From positions 192,001 to 256,000 of the forward strand of contig JAZSKX010000017.1 in the NCBI GenBank assembly GCA_045535075.1: a DNA stretch of 64,000 nucleotides, in the 5' to 3' direction. Shown here piece by piece: positions 8,783 to 18,577 of the stretch. The DNA comes from Candidatus Spyradenecus sp. (GTDB lineage Bacteria; Verrucomicrobiota; Verrucomicrobiia; Opitutales; UBA953). Each line of letters starts with the position of its first letter. The first letter of the stretch is position 1. The notes beneath the pieces were generated by a model, which had not been told where the DNA came from, did not search any database, and was given only the letters and a program-made list of their open reading frames with translations. The position numbers were made by a program, and so were the translations under genes.

Positions 8783-9763
8783 ATGGAAATGAAACAAATT
8801 CTCACGACCCTCGGGGTTGCCAATTCTATTGAAAACTGTCCGACGGGGACGGTGGCGATTGCCAATGCGGCATCGTCTCACGGTGCCGTCGAAACCTACC
8901 TGACGGAAATGGCGGTTGCGCGTTCGATTAAGAGCAATCTTGCGGAGGCGCGCCGCATGCTGGCTCCGGACGCTCCGGTTATCGGCGGCGAAGGTCAGAC
9001 CGCTTATACGTATCGCTACTTCCCGGCCGGCGAAGATTTCCGCACCGTTAAATACGATGCAATGAAGCGTGCCGGCGGCGGAGACTTCCCGGAAGTTGCC
9101 GATCGCTCGGAATTGCGCTCCGGTATTCTCCACCAAATCGGTCTTTCGATTTCGCTCGAAAAATCCCAAATCAAACGTATTCCCGGATTGCGGGAACGTG
9201 CGACGAAGAAACTCGTCGATATCATTGAGCGAGCCACCCTCATTAAGACGCTTGAAATTTGGGAAAGCTTCGCGGACGACACGACGATTTCGCTTGCGAC
9301 GGAGAAGAATCCGGACGGCAAACTGCGCGAGTTGTTGCGCCTTGCCGGAGATAAATCCGGAGTGCGCCCGAATGCGATGCTTTATGGCCCGGCGGCTTGG
9401 GATTTGCGCACGACGAAATACGAAACGGCAGAACTGTCTACCGGAGCCTTGCGTGCCGCCGAAACGACGGACGCCCTGGGCAATCGCCTGAACGTGCGTA
9501 TCTTGGTCCCGGACGGTCGTCAAGCCGGAGTCGCGGGATCTTTCCCGGTCATCGGAGCAAACAAGATTTACGCGGGCTATTCGCTCGACGGTCTCTCAAC
9601 GGAAGATCCGTCCACGATGAAAACGATGCGCGACGGTGCGGGCATTCAGATTTATGAATCCACGCACTCCCAAGGGCAGAAGGTGATCATCACGGCATCC
9701 GTGTGGCAGGATCTGCGTATCACTTCCGCCGCCGGAGCAATTGCCGTCACGGTTTCGGAATAA
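8783..9763 (+). CDS. Major capsid protein
   Basis: 326 aa, position after protease/decoration genes, RPNAMLYG motif. Confidence 0.7.
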   Translation: MEMKQILTTLGVANSIENCPTGTVAIANAASSHGAVETYLTEMAVARSIKSNLAEARRMLAPDAPVIGGEGQTAYTYRYFPAGEDFRTVKYDAMKRAGGGDFPEVADRSELRSGILHQIGLSISLEKSQIKRIPGLRERATKKLVDIIERATLIKTLEIWESFADDTTISLATEKNPDGKLRELLRLAGDKSGVRPNAMLYGPAAWDLRTTKYETAELSTGALRAAETTDALGNRLNVRILVPDGRQAGVAGSFPVIGANKIYAGYSLDGLSTEDPSTMKTMRDGAGIQIYESTHSQGQKVIITASVWQDLRITSAAGAIAVTVSE

Positions 9764-9854
9764 CCAAAGCTGAAGGGCTGGGCGTTGATTCGGCGGCGTA
9801 CCGCCTGTTGATTCGCCATCGGCGAACGAATCAGCCCTCAGCTCTTCAATCTCA

Positions 9855-10322
9855 ATGTTCATTATGTGGGTCGTATTTGACAAACAAACGGTAACGGCGC
9901 GTGTTCCTGCGACGGAGTGGGAAGCTGTCAATAGTATCGACGGAGAGGACTCTCCGGTGGACGCTCTGCAGGCGATTATCGATACGGTTGTTGCCGAAGT
10001 GCGTGCGGCGATTGCGGCATGCACGAAAAACACGCTCGATCCGGACGTGCGGAAAATTCCGCTTTCGCTTGTGAACGATGCCTGTTCTTTGGTCGTTTAT
10101 TACTTTGCCTCCCGTGCAGCCGGTGCGGGAACGATTCTTGTACAGGATGCTCGTTATCAGGCATGGGCGAAAGCCCGCGATGTACTTGACCGTGTACGTA
10201 CCTGCGAAATCTGCATTGAGCATCCGTCAACGGGTGTTGTTTCCGGAAGCGGTAGCAGTTCCGCCCAAATTGCCGTACGCACGCCTACGCGCTTTGATCG
10301 CTCCCGCTGGAGGGGTGCGTAA
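9855..10322 (+). CDS. Head-tail connector (Mu gp36/DUF1320-like)
   Basis: IPLSLVNDACSLVVYY...RYQAWAKARDVLDRV pattern; position after the capsid gene. Confidence 0.65.
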   Translation: MFIMWVVFDKQTVTARVPATEWEAVNSIDGEDSPVDALQAIIDTVVAEVRAAIAACTKNTLDPDVRKIPLSLVNDACSLVVYYFASRAAGAGTILVQDARYQAWAKARDVLDRVRTCEICIEHPSTGVVSGSGSSSAQIAVRTPTRFDRSRWRGA

Positions 10323-10342
10323 TTTCAATCATTAAGTAGTCT

Positions 10343-10771
10343 ATGAGCTGTAGTTATATCCTATTCTTGGCTTCAAAATTTCCGGAGCCGAATCCCTATT
10401 TTTTAATTCAGTTGTTTGCCTGCATTGGAGCGGTGCTCGGTCTTGTGTGGGTAATCATCTGTGTGTGGCAGAAGATTTTTCCGCCGAAGAACCCGCCGCA
10501 CCACGAACTCGCGACCAGGGCGGAACTGAATCAACTGCGCACCGATGTCAACTCGGCGCTCGAAGAAATGAAAAACCGCTCGGCGGAACGCGCCGTGAGA
10601 AACGACGAAAAGCTTACTCAGATTCTCGTCGAACTCGCCTCGATTAAAACCGGCATGGTGGCGCAGCATCAGTTTAGCCGGAGTACTTTTGACAATCTCG
10701 ACGACAAAATCTCCAACGTCTCGAAATCCGTACACAAACGTATTGACCACCTTAAAGTTCATGAATCATGA
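10343..10771 (+). CDS. Membrane-anchored coiled-coil protein (Mu gp25-like)
   Basis: N-terminal TM, ATRAEL and a coiled coil; upstream of the gp26/gp27-like genes. Confidence 0.55.
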   Translation: MSCSYILFLASKFPEPNPYFLIQLFACIGAVLGLVWVIICVWQKIFPPKNPPHHELATRAELNQLRTDVNSALEEMKNRSAERAVRNDEKLTQILVELASIKTGMVAQHQFSRSTFDNLDDKISNVSKSVHKRIDHLKVHES

Positions 10772-11037
10772 CGCTCTCGAAAGAATACATCCGCAAGCAG
10801 ATCTTAAACGAGCTTCGTCCGGTAGGACGCGCCGGAATGGCTCCGAAATACGCCGTTTCGTTTATCACGGCAGAGTTTCCGGGAGTTAAGCCGGAGTCCG
10901 TTTTAGAAGACATCGATTACCTCGTCGGAAAGGGCTTGCTTGAATTTTTCGCCTCCCCGATTTCGGCGGGGGATAGGCGTGTCCGTATCACCTCTGCCGG
11001 GATTGATTTCCTCGAAAGCGAAAATTCGCCCGTTTAG
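10768..11037 (+). CDS. Winged-helix protein (Mu gp26-like)
   Basis: DIDYLVGKGLL...RITSAGIDFLE. Confidence 0.65.
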   Translation: MTLSKEYIRKQILNELRPVGRAGMAPKYAVSFITAEFPGVKPESVLEDIDYLVGKGLLEFFASPISAGDRRVRITSAGIDFLESENSPV

Positions 11038-11130
11038 GCGGGGGAGATAGAAAGTCCGACAATTTACCCGTGTTTCGATTTAGAGCGCCGAAAAACCCAT
11101 TGCAAATTCTTGCAAAAGCCTATCCTGACC

Positions 11131-11643
11131 ATGAGCCGCCGCAAAAAACGTTCCGATTGTAAGATGAACCGCCTGACAGATGAGCAGCGCGAGGGAATTT
11201 TCGCGCTTTCTCAGACCCTTTCTCTCGATGCCCTCGTCGAAAAAATCGAAAGCGAATTTGATTTTGATATTTCCCGCCAAGCGCTTTCCCTGTGGCTGGC
11301 GAGTGAACGCTTGACGCGCAAAGTTGCGCGTCAGGTCGAAATCGCCGACGGGATTGCCGAAGCTGCTCGCGCAGCCAACGGCGGCAAGCTTGATGCGGCA
11401 ATTGATGCTGCCGTCAAGGCGCGGGCGCTTGATGCGATTCAGAGTGCAGACGATCCGGAAGTCGTCTCCGAGCTTGTTAAGTGTGTGCTTTCGATGCGCA
11501 AGACGGATCTCGATTCCCGTCGGCTTGCGCTTCTCGAGAAGAAAGCGGCGATGGCGGATAAAGCAGAAGCCGTGGTGAAGAACCCGAAGCTTTCCGACGA
11601 AGAACGTTCCCGCCGCATCAAAGAAATTTTTCACATCGTCTAA
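11131..11643 (+). CDS. Terminase small subunit (Mu gp27/DUF3486-like)
   Basis: N-terminal helical DNA-binding pattern (ISRQALSLW); directly upstream of the large terminase. Confidence 0.65.
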   Translation: MSRRKKRSDCKMNRLTDEQREGIFALSQTLSLDALVEKIESEFDFDISRQALSLWLASERLTRKVARQVEIADGIAEAARAANGGKLDAAIDAAVKARALDAIQSADDPEVVSELVKCVLSMRKTDLDSRRLALLEKKAAMADKAEAVVKNPKLSDEERSRRIKEIFHIV

Positions 11644-11646
11644 GCC

Positions 11647-13017
11647 GTGGACATTATCATCCGAGAGCCGTTTGACACGTTCTTCGAGTATCAGCTCGAG
11701 ATGGTTAACTGTACGGCGCGTTTCCGGGCGGCGAATTGTTGTCGCCAGTCCGGGAAAGACTTTACCTTTTCCGGCGACATTGTCCGCCAGGCGTTTGCGC
11801 TGCCGGGAAGCGGGCACATGATTGCGGCACCTTCCGAACGTCAGTCTCTCGACACGCTTGAAAAATGCAAGCAGTGGGCGGAAGCGTTCAGTCTCGTCAT
11901 CGAGGAAGAAATCGACGAACCCGTCTCCGTCGGCATCAACTCCAAAACGATTCGCCTTTCCAACGGTTCCCACATTCGCGCCGTTCCGGGACGCCCGGAT
12001 ACCGTGCGCGGATTTACCGGCAGCGTGTGGCTGACGGAGGTCGCCTTTTTCGAAGATCCGTTTAAGACCTGGGCGGCAATTGCGCCGACGATTACCAATC
12101 CGCTTGGCGGACGCAAGACGGCAACCATTTGGAGCACTCCGAACGGCCAGGATGAGTTCTTTTATCCCATCTTCCGCGATGCGGAGCTCGGGAGGCAGAA
12201 AACATGGACGACGTTTACTAACGACATTTACAAGGTGAACGAAGCGTGGAAAACACGCGGTCGCGGCGTGGACATCGATGAGCTGCGTCGTATGGTCAAC
12301 AGCCCGGACATGTGGGCGCAGGAATACGAATGCAAGTTTCTTGACCGGGCATCGGTTTTGTTTTCCTACGACTTAATCTTCAGTGCTGCGCACGAAGGAG
12401 CGAGCACGGATTTACCCGTCGGCTTCATGGATTCCTGCGAAAAACAGTGCTATGTCGGTGTGGACATCGGTCGCAAGCACGACCTGACCTGTGTTTACAT
12501 CCTCGAAAAAGTCGGCGATGTTTTTTGGACGCGGGGCATTATTCGCCTACGCAACATGCCGTTTTCCGAGCAGCGAGAGATTTTGCGCGGGATTCTGCGT
12601 TCCCGCAGCGTTGTCCGTTGCTTTATCGATAAAACCGGTATCGGCGCCCAGCTTGCCGAGGAAATGGAGCAGGAGTTCGGGACGTGGAAGGTCGAAGGCT
12701 GTGCAATCACGCTCGCCTTTAAAAACGCGATTTTCATGCGCTTACGCCTCGGGTTTGAGGACAAGCTTTTGCGATTGCCGATGGGGGATCGTCTCCTCGC
12801 GGAATCTTTGCATTCGATGCGCAAAGAAGTTTCTCGTGCAGGAAATATTCGGCTCGCCGCCGAGAGAACCGAAGACGGTCACGCGGACGAGGCGTTTGCG
12901 CTTGCACTTGCGTATGAGGCCTCGAACGAAGCTTTGGGCGGTCGCGACTGCGCCTCGGTGGACGTACGTTCCTTTGCTCGCAAGCACAATAAATTCTCGG
13001 GCTGGAGACGAATGTAA
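11647..13017 (+). CDS. Terminase large subunit (Mu gp28-like)
   Basis: CRQSGKD Walker A, RGFTGSVWLTE, STPNG, QEYECKF, GVDIG and HADEA nuclease motifs. Confidence 0.92.
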   Translation: MDIIIREPFDTFFEYQLEMVNCTARFRAANCCRQSGKDFTFSGDIVRQAFALPGSGHMIAAPSERQSLDTLEKCKQWAEAFSLVIEEEIDEPVSVGINSKTIRLSNGSHIRAVPGRPDTVRGFTGSVWLTEVAFFEDPFKTWAAIAPTITNPLGGRKTATIWSTPNGQDEFFYPIFRDAELGRQKTWTTFTNDIYKVNEAWKTRGRGVDIDELRRMVNSPDMWAQEYECKFLDRASVLFSYDLIFSAAHEGASTDLPVGFMDSCEKQCYVGVDIGRKHDLTCVYILEKVGDVFWTRGIIRLRNMPFSEQREILRGILRSRSVVRCFIDKTGIGAQLAEEMEQEFGTWKVEGCAITLAFKNAIFMRLRLGFEDKLLRLPMGDRLLAESLHSMRKEVSRAGNIRLAAERTEDGHADEAFALALAYEASNEALGGRDCASVDVRSFARKHNKFSGWRRM

Positions 13018-13061
13018 GGTTTCGCGCTTATCCCTCTTTTTACAACTTCACCTCTCAAAAA

Positions 13062-14564
13062 ATGAACGGATTCTTACACAGTGACGGCGCTCCGGTAGTC
13101 GCCGATGAATCAAAACCGTGTACGCTCGCCGAGTTGGCAGAGCGCAATGCACGCTTGCGCCGCGTCGCAATTTGGGCGGACATGGACCCGCAGTATTTCG
13201 GCTTCGCAAAGCGCCGTTTCTATTTCGGCGACTTCTCGGAATGCGGCCGGTTGTTTGGCGAAATCATGGATTACGATGCCACGGTGGCAACCGTGGCTCC
13301 GAAGCGATTCCGCGCCGTTGCCGGGCTGGATTGGGAGATTGCAACGCTCGATGATACTCCCGAAGCCAAGCAGCAAGCGGAACTGCTCGAAGATTTTTAT
13401 GAAAACCTTGTTGCCTCCGACGTGGAAGCCCCGGACATGGCTCAAGGCATCGAAACGCTGATTTTTCAGCTTATGACTGCGACGGCGATGAAATACGCCT
13501 GCGCGGAAATCCAATGGATCCCGGCAACAACGGCAGACGGCAAGCCGACTTATCACGCTCGCACGCTGGCGTGCCCGCTGCACTACTTTGAGGCGACGAC
13601 GCGACGCCTGCGCATCCTCACACAATCGGGAACGCAAGGAGAAGCGATGGATGAGAAAACGTGGATTGTTGCCGCGCATCCGGGAACGCCTCTGATGTTG
13701 CCGACAATGCTGTTGTTTATGCTGAAAATGACACCGCTGGAGGATTGGGCGTCGGCGGTGGAAGCATTTGCGATTCCCTTTGTGATCGGTAGGACGAGCG
13801 CGGCGAAGGGTTCACCGGAATGGAATGCGCTGTTGGAATTTGTTGCTCATGCGAAGAATCGATTTGCGGGGGTAATCGGAAAGGACGCGGAGGTCGAAGT
13901 CCTCAACGGACTGACACAACCGCCGCCGCATCGGGACTTGGTGGACTACCTCGACCGCGCAATCGCGGCTCTGTGGCGCGGAGGAGACCTTTCGACGTTT
14001 TCTGCCGGAGATTCCACGGGGAGCAACCCGCAGCTTGCCGAAATGGGCGATATCCAAAAGATGGACAGCGCCTTTATCACCTCGGTCTTGGCGACACGCC
14101 TTTCCAAGCCGTTTCTTGAATTTATATTCGGCACGGGAACGCCGATTAAGGCTTATTTCAAATTTGTCGAGGACGATACTGCCATGCGTGCGGCGCGTAT
14201 TGCCGACATCAAAACGGCGTACGACCTCGGCTTGTCGATTCCCGAAAATTTTGCCCGAGAAGCGTTGGGCATTCCCGCCGTTGCTCCCGAAGACCGCGTC
14301 TTGCAACGCGCCTCCGGGACGCCTGCAGCGGACTTGCAAGGCTTTGGCATCCCGAATGCGCAGGCGGATATCGACGCCATGCTCGCGCATGCCGAGCGTG
14401 CTCAGTTCGGAGAAATTGAATCGGCGTTGAGAGAGCTTGAAGCTGCGGAAAGCGACGAGATGTTTGCCGGGAAGCTTGCTGAACTCAAGCGACGTTTTCC
14501 CGCAATCATGCAGCGTGTGATGAACCGCAACGATGTTGTTAATGCGCTCGGAGGTGTGGAATGA
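13062..14564 (+). CDS. Portal protein (Mu gp29/DUF935)
   Basis: 500 aa after the terminase; EDWASAVEAFAIPFVIGR motif. Confidence 0.85.
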   Translation: MNGFLHSDGAPVVADESKPCTLAELAERNARLRRVAIWADMDPQYFGFAKRRFYFGDFSECGRLFGEIMDYDATVATVAPKRFRAVAGLDWEIATLDDTPEAKQQAELLEDFYENLVASDVEAPDMAQGIETLIFQLMTATAMKYACAEIQWIPATTADGKPTYHARTLACPLHYFEATTRRLRILTQSGTQGEAMDEKTWIVAAHPGTPLMLPTMLLFMLKMTPLEDWASAVEAFAIPFVIGRTSAAKGSPEWNALLEFVAHAKNRFAGVIGKDAEVEVLNGLTQPPPHRDLVDYLDRAIAALWRGGDLSTFSAGDSTGSNPQLAEMGDIQKMDSAFITSVLATRLSKPFLEFIFGTGTPIKAYFKFVEDDTAMRAARIADIKTAYDLGLSIPENFAREALGIPAVAPEDRVLQRASGTPAADLQGFGIPNAQADIDAMLAHAERAQFGEIESALRELEAAESDEMFAGKLAELKRRFPAIMQRVMNRNDVVNALGGVE

Positions 14565-16024
14565 ACAACCTCAGAGCCGCTCTCGCGATTGCAAACGCAT
14601 TGGACGTTGAGTTCGGGGCGGTGGATCCGAAGTTTGTCCAAGCCTTACGGAAACGCATTTCGTTCGGTTCCTCCCGCAATACGCAACAATGGGCCGGTGT
14701 CCCGCAAGCGTTGCGCGACCGGCTGTTCTTCTCGGCGACGGTTAGCAATGCGACCGTGCTCGATAAAATGAAGCATTTTATCGCATCCGACCTTGCCGGA
14801 ATCCGTCGCTCTTCGCCCGGAGCGAAAGAACCGGAGAAAGTATTCGGGCGTGAAAAATTCGTTGCCGAGATGCGCAAGGCATTGGGGATTCCCGTTCGCG
14901 GGGAAAAGGATTCGGGTAAGTTGACTGACATCCGGAGCTCGCGCCGTCTGCGCCTTATTTACGATTTTCAAAAAGAACGAACTAAGGCGGAGGCAACTGC
15001 CGAAACCGAAAACGATGCCGACCACCGTGAGCTGTTCCCGTATCGGGAGTTTGTTCGCGAGGAGCCGAGACGCGAGCCTCGCAATTGGATTCGCCTGTGG
15101 AAGGGCTACGGCGGCAAGCTGACCCAAGGGCGTATGATTGCACTGCGCGACGACCCGATTTGGCGCAAACTCAACCGCTTCGGCTGGGATCACGCTCCGT
15201 GGGATTTTAACTCGGGGATGGATACTCGCTGGATTTCCCGCTCCCAAGCTCGTCGCCTCGGCTTGCCTTTACCGAAGAAAGGCGCTTCCGCGGAAGTCCG
15301 CCGGGAAGTGCTTCCGGTTCCGAACGGAACGCCGTTTGATGCTGTTGCCGCCCGCGAGAATCCGGAGGAGTACTTCCGCGAATATCGCTCGCCGGAATCC
15401 TTTCCGAGCGAAAACGACCGCCGTCTTTACGCGCAAGGGCTTTATACTCTGCTTGCCGGAAACACTGCCGAACAGGTGTATAATATGAGTCGCGATGAAC
15501 GGCGTGCCGTATGGGGCTACACCGTTTACTCCGGTGATATCAATCCTGCTTTGCGCGGGGAGCGCGTCGAAAAGCCGTTCAAGGATTTGACGTATTTTGA
15601 GTCGGCGATGAAAAACGTTTCTTTTCCGATGGCGAAGGTCGCTCATCGTTCGGCAAGCCTGGCGGAAATAAAGAATCGATTTGGCGGCGAACTTTCCGAG
15701 TTGGCGTCCGGAGACGAAGCAAATTATCCGAATGCCCTTTCGATGTCCGGATTCAAGAAATTTGCAAGTAGTCCGGAAGTGCAAATGATTATCGAAATCC
15801 CGAAGGGCGCTCATGCAATCTATCTCGACCCGCTTTCGGAAAAAGGACCTTTCAAACGTAGCGGAAAGAGCTGGGATGGCAATCCGCGTGCTCCGCAAAC
15901 ACTTTGGCAGAGCGACTCGGAAGCGAATACGGAATCCGAAATTCTCGCCGCGCCGGGCACGAAATTAAAGGTTGTCTCCGTCGATGCTGAAAATAAAATA
16001 CTGCGTGTAAGGATTGAGCTATGA
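14561..16024 (+). CDS. MuF (gp30-like) minor head protein with C-terminal ADP-ribosyltransferase-like domain
   Basis: N-terminal RRLRLIYD...DDPIW...PWDFN MuF motifs; C-terminal GYT..DINPALR, AHRS, LSMS, IPKGAHAIY, ESEIL. Confidence 0.75.
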   Translation: MNNLRAALAIANALDVEFGAVDPKFVQALRKRISFGSSRNTQQWAGVPQALRDRLFFSATVSNATVLDKMKHFIASDLAGIRRSSPGAKEPEKVFGREKFVAEMRKALGIPVRGEKDSGKLTDIRSSRRLRLIYDFQKERTKAEATAETENDADHRELFPYREFVREEPRREPRNWIRLWKGYGGKLTQGRMIALRDDPIWRKLNRFGWDHAPWDFNSGMDTRWISRSQARRLGLPLPKKGASAEVRREVLPVPNGTPFDAVAARENPEEYFREYRSPESFPSENDRRLYAQGLYTLLAGNTAEQVYNMSRDERRAVWGYTVYSGDINPALRGERVEKPFKDLTYFESAMKNVSFPMAKVAHRSASLAEIKNRFGGELSELASGDEANYPNALSMSGFKKFASSPEVQMIIEIPKGAHAIYLDPLSEKGPFKRSGKSWDGNPRAPQTLWQSDSEANTESEILAAPGTKLKVVSVDAENKILRVRIEL

Positions 16025-16716
16025 AAACGATTTGTGGCGGCGAAGGAAAAGATTTTTACGCAATCGCAATTCCGAGTGAGGATTGTGTTTGCCTGAATTG
16101 TCGCTTTCATGAACGCCGTTTGCAGAGTCCATGTAAGAAGCTTGATAGCCGTCCGGTGGAAGTTGTTTACCAATCAGCGCCGTGTCCGGCTTATGCTCCG
16201 GATGAAAAAGGCATCACCTATCTGCACGATCCTGAAGTGAAGGACTTGCCCAAAGACGAGGGGGTGCGGAATGTGCTTGTTGAAAAACTGATTAAGGATT
16301 TCGGCGAAGAGGTTGCTTTTGTTGGCACGCAAGCGTTTCTTGTCGGTCGTATGGGGCGCTATATGGCAGATGTTTACGAAGACCCGGCATCGCAGTTCGG
16401 AACAACGGAAATCGCTCCCGGCAATCTCAACGCTGCAACCCTTTATGCGGAGCTGGACCGTCTTGCTTTTCCGCGTACGAACAATCGTAAGGAAATTTAT
16501 TGCGATGTGTTTAGCGGCCCCGGCAAGGCGAACCTTACCCGGGACGAGTTGAAGCTGATTCCGTTTATTCTTTTTGAACCGCAATACGTCACTAAGCAAA
16601 AGAACGGAGACTTGGCGCTTGGGCGCACATTCGGGGCACGAGTCCATTGGTGTAATCTTCACAGTGATCGCGGGTTGCCGCGGGTTACCTACACGGGCAG
16701 TGTTCCGGTGAAATAA
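16021..16716 (+). CDS. Hypothetical protein coupled to MuF-ART (candidate immunity/partner)
   Basis: ATGA overlap with the MuF stop; Cys cluster at the N-terminus. Confidence 0.55.
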   Translation: MKTICGGEGKDFYAIAIPSEDCVCLNCRFHERRLQSPCKKLDSRPVEVVYQSAPCPAYAPDEKGITYLHDPEVKDLPKDEGVRNVLVEKLIKDFGEEVAFVGTQAFLVGRMGRYMADVYEDPASQFGTTEIAPGNLNAATLYAELDRLAFPRTNNRKEIYCDVFSGPGKANLTRDELKLIPFILFEPQYVTKQKNGDLALGRTFGARVHWCNLHSDRGLPRVTYTGSVPVK

Positions 16717-16789
16717 TTTTGCGCGAGGCGGAACGGAAGCCACGCAACTTTTGATTCGGGAGCGAGTTTAGGATAAACTCGTTCTCGCA

Positions 16790-17365
16790 ATGAGCACAGC
16801 GGTATCCATCCAATATTCCTCGAGAGAAGCAGATGCGCTTCTACGATTGCTGCTGAGCAAAATCGAACGCCCGCGTACCCTGATATTGAGCGTGGGAAAT
16901 GCGCTTAAAGAGCGTTTCAAAGCCCATTTTTTGGCACTTAATGCTTCCCGGAACTCCTCCGGACGGAATTTTTATGCGCAGTTTGGTCGAAGCTCGAACC
17001 TGCAGGTAAAAGCGAACGAAAAGGAGGGAACACTTTTTATCGGAGACGAACGCGGAATGCTTCGTCACAAAATTACGGGCGGTAGGGTCTTGCCGTCCAA
17101 GCGCTATTTGGCGATCCCGCTAACTTCGGAAGCGAAGCTGGCGGGAGCGCCTGGCGCTAAAACAATCCCGGACACCTTTGTGCGTACGGTGGGAACTCGT
17201 AAGTTTATCTCCCGAAAGACGGGAGTTGGCCGCGTAGAGAATCTGTGGGTGCTTTTGCGTTCCGTTACCCATAAACCGCATCCGGAGGCGATGCCTTCGC
17301 AGAAAGACTATGCGCGCACCGTGCAAGAGGCTTGCGAAGAATTTGCGGCAGACCTGGAGGACTAA
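16790..17365 (+). CDS. Virion morphogenesis protein (Mu gpG-like)
   Basis: Basic 191-aa protein with RYLAIPL motif, downstream of MuF. Confidence 0.6.
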   Translation: MSTAVSIQYSSREADALLRLLLSKIERPRTLILSVGNALKERFKAHFLALNASRNSSGRNFYAQFGRSSNLQVKANEKEGTLFIGDERGMLRHKITGGRVLPSKRYLAIPLTSEAKLAGAPGAKTIPDTFVRTVGTRKFISRKTGVGRVENLWVLLRSVTHKPHPEAMPSQKDYARTVQEACEEFAADLED

Positions 17366-17368
17366 AAA

Positions 17369-17848
17369 ATGGCGAAGGAGAACCTCAACCCGATTGCCCT
17401 TGCCGAGCAGGGGATTGTCGATTTCTTGAAGAGTGTTCCTGCAATTGCCGGGCTTTTTTCGAGAGAATCTGCGATTCCGGTTTTTGCGTCCACGGACGAG
17501 AGTGCGTCCAAACTGTTCGATGCTCGCATTCGACGAAGCCTTGGGCAAAGCATACTTGTCGGCTTTACCGGTTTTACGGAAGTTGTCCATGCGACTCTTT
17601 CGAAGCAAGGGACGTTCGGGAACGGGGCTTTTAATGTGGATATTTATGCTCCGGGGATGCTCAGCCTCTCAAAAATCAAAACGACCTCGGATTTGGCGTT
17701 TGCCGTAGTGGAGGCGCTGGACGGAGTGGTTTTTGCGGAACCGTTTGCGGCGCCGCTGGTATTGCAATCGTGGACGCAGGAAGACCGGGACGGGCTTTTT
17801 GTCGCGTCGTTAAATTTCAAAACGATCCTGCAGATTGCAGACAGATGA
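17369..17848 (+). CDS. Tail terminator/completion protein
   Basis: Size and position between gpG and the tail tube. Confidence 0.5.
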   Translation: MAKENLNPIALAEQGIVDFLKSVPAIAGLFSRESAIPVFASTDESASKLFDARIRRSLGQSILVGFTGFTEVVHATLSKQGTFGNGAFNVDIYAPGMLSLSKIKTTSDLAFAVVEALDGVVFAEPFAAPLVLQSWTQEDRDGLFVASLNFKTILQIADR

Positions 17849-17877
17849 TGATTTTCACAACGAACAACTAAAAAAAT

Positions 17878-18201
17878 ATGGCTATTAAAATCATTGGACA
17901 AGGACAGTTCGGAGCAGGAACGGAAGGCGGTACGCTCGCACAATCCGTTACAACTTCGGAAACGGTAGAAGAAACGACCCTTAAAAATGCGAACGGCGAG
18001 TTTGTCGGTGTTGCGCTCGGTGATCCGGTTAAAGAAATTACGCTGGAAGTTGCGGCGTCGGACGGAGACGAACCGCCCGCTTGCGGCGAAGCCTTTGCCG
18101 GAGGCACTGTGACGGGCCGTACCAAAACGGCGGCGAATTCGGCTTATACGATGTGGTCGGTAACGGTCAAGAAGTGGGGCTCTGTCGGAGGAGGCGCATA
18201 A
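17878..18201 (+). CDS. Probable tail tube protein (small)
   Basis: Gly/Thr-rich beta-type ORF directly upstream of the chaperone and tape measure. Confidence 0.5.
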   Translation: MAIKIIGQGQFGAGTEGGTLAQSVTTSETVEETTLKNANGEFVGVALGDPVKEITLEVAASDGDEPPACGEAFAGGTVTGRTKTAANSAYTMWSVTVKKWGSVGGGA

Positions 18202-18202
18202 A

Positions 18203-18577
18203 ATGTCGGAAGAATCTGCAAATCCGAAGCCGGCGATTGATGCTCTTGTCGGCAAAGAATACTCCTTTCGCGGAAGGCCGCTGAAGTTTTCCATGGCGTG
18301 CTTTTTTGCATTGGAAAGCGCAGGGATTCCGCTTTCGCAAATGGATGCCAAGCCCATTGAGACTGCCGCCATTGTTTTCTACGCCGCAAGCAAACCGAAA
18401 GAGCTTGTGTGGAGTGTGATTCGCCGGGGCGTGATTGCTCAGGCAGCGGCAGAACTCGCAGATACGCTTTCGCCTGCGGAATTTATCGAAGCCAAGTCCG
18501 TAGCCGATGCTATGTTGAGCGATTATTTGGCATCGGTTGCCACCTACAGAGGTGAGGACGACGAAAAAAACCGCTAA
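18203..18577 (+). CDS. Tail assembly chaperone (G)
   Basis: Ends ...GAA AAA AAC CGC TAA containing a slippery heptamer. Confidence 0.75.
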   Translation: MSEESANPKPAIDALVGKEYSFRGRPLKFSMACFFALESAGIPLSQMDAKPIETAAIVFYAASKPKELVWSVIRRGVIAQAAAELADTLSPAEFIEAKSVADAMLSDYLASVATYRGEDDEKNR

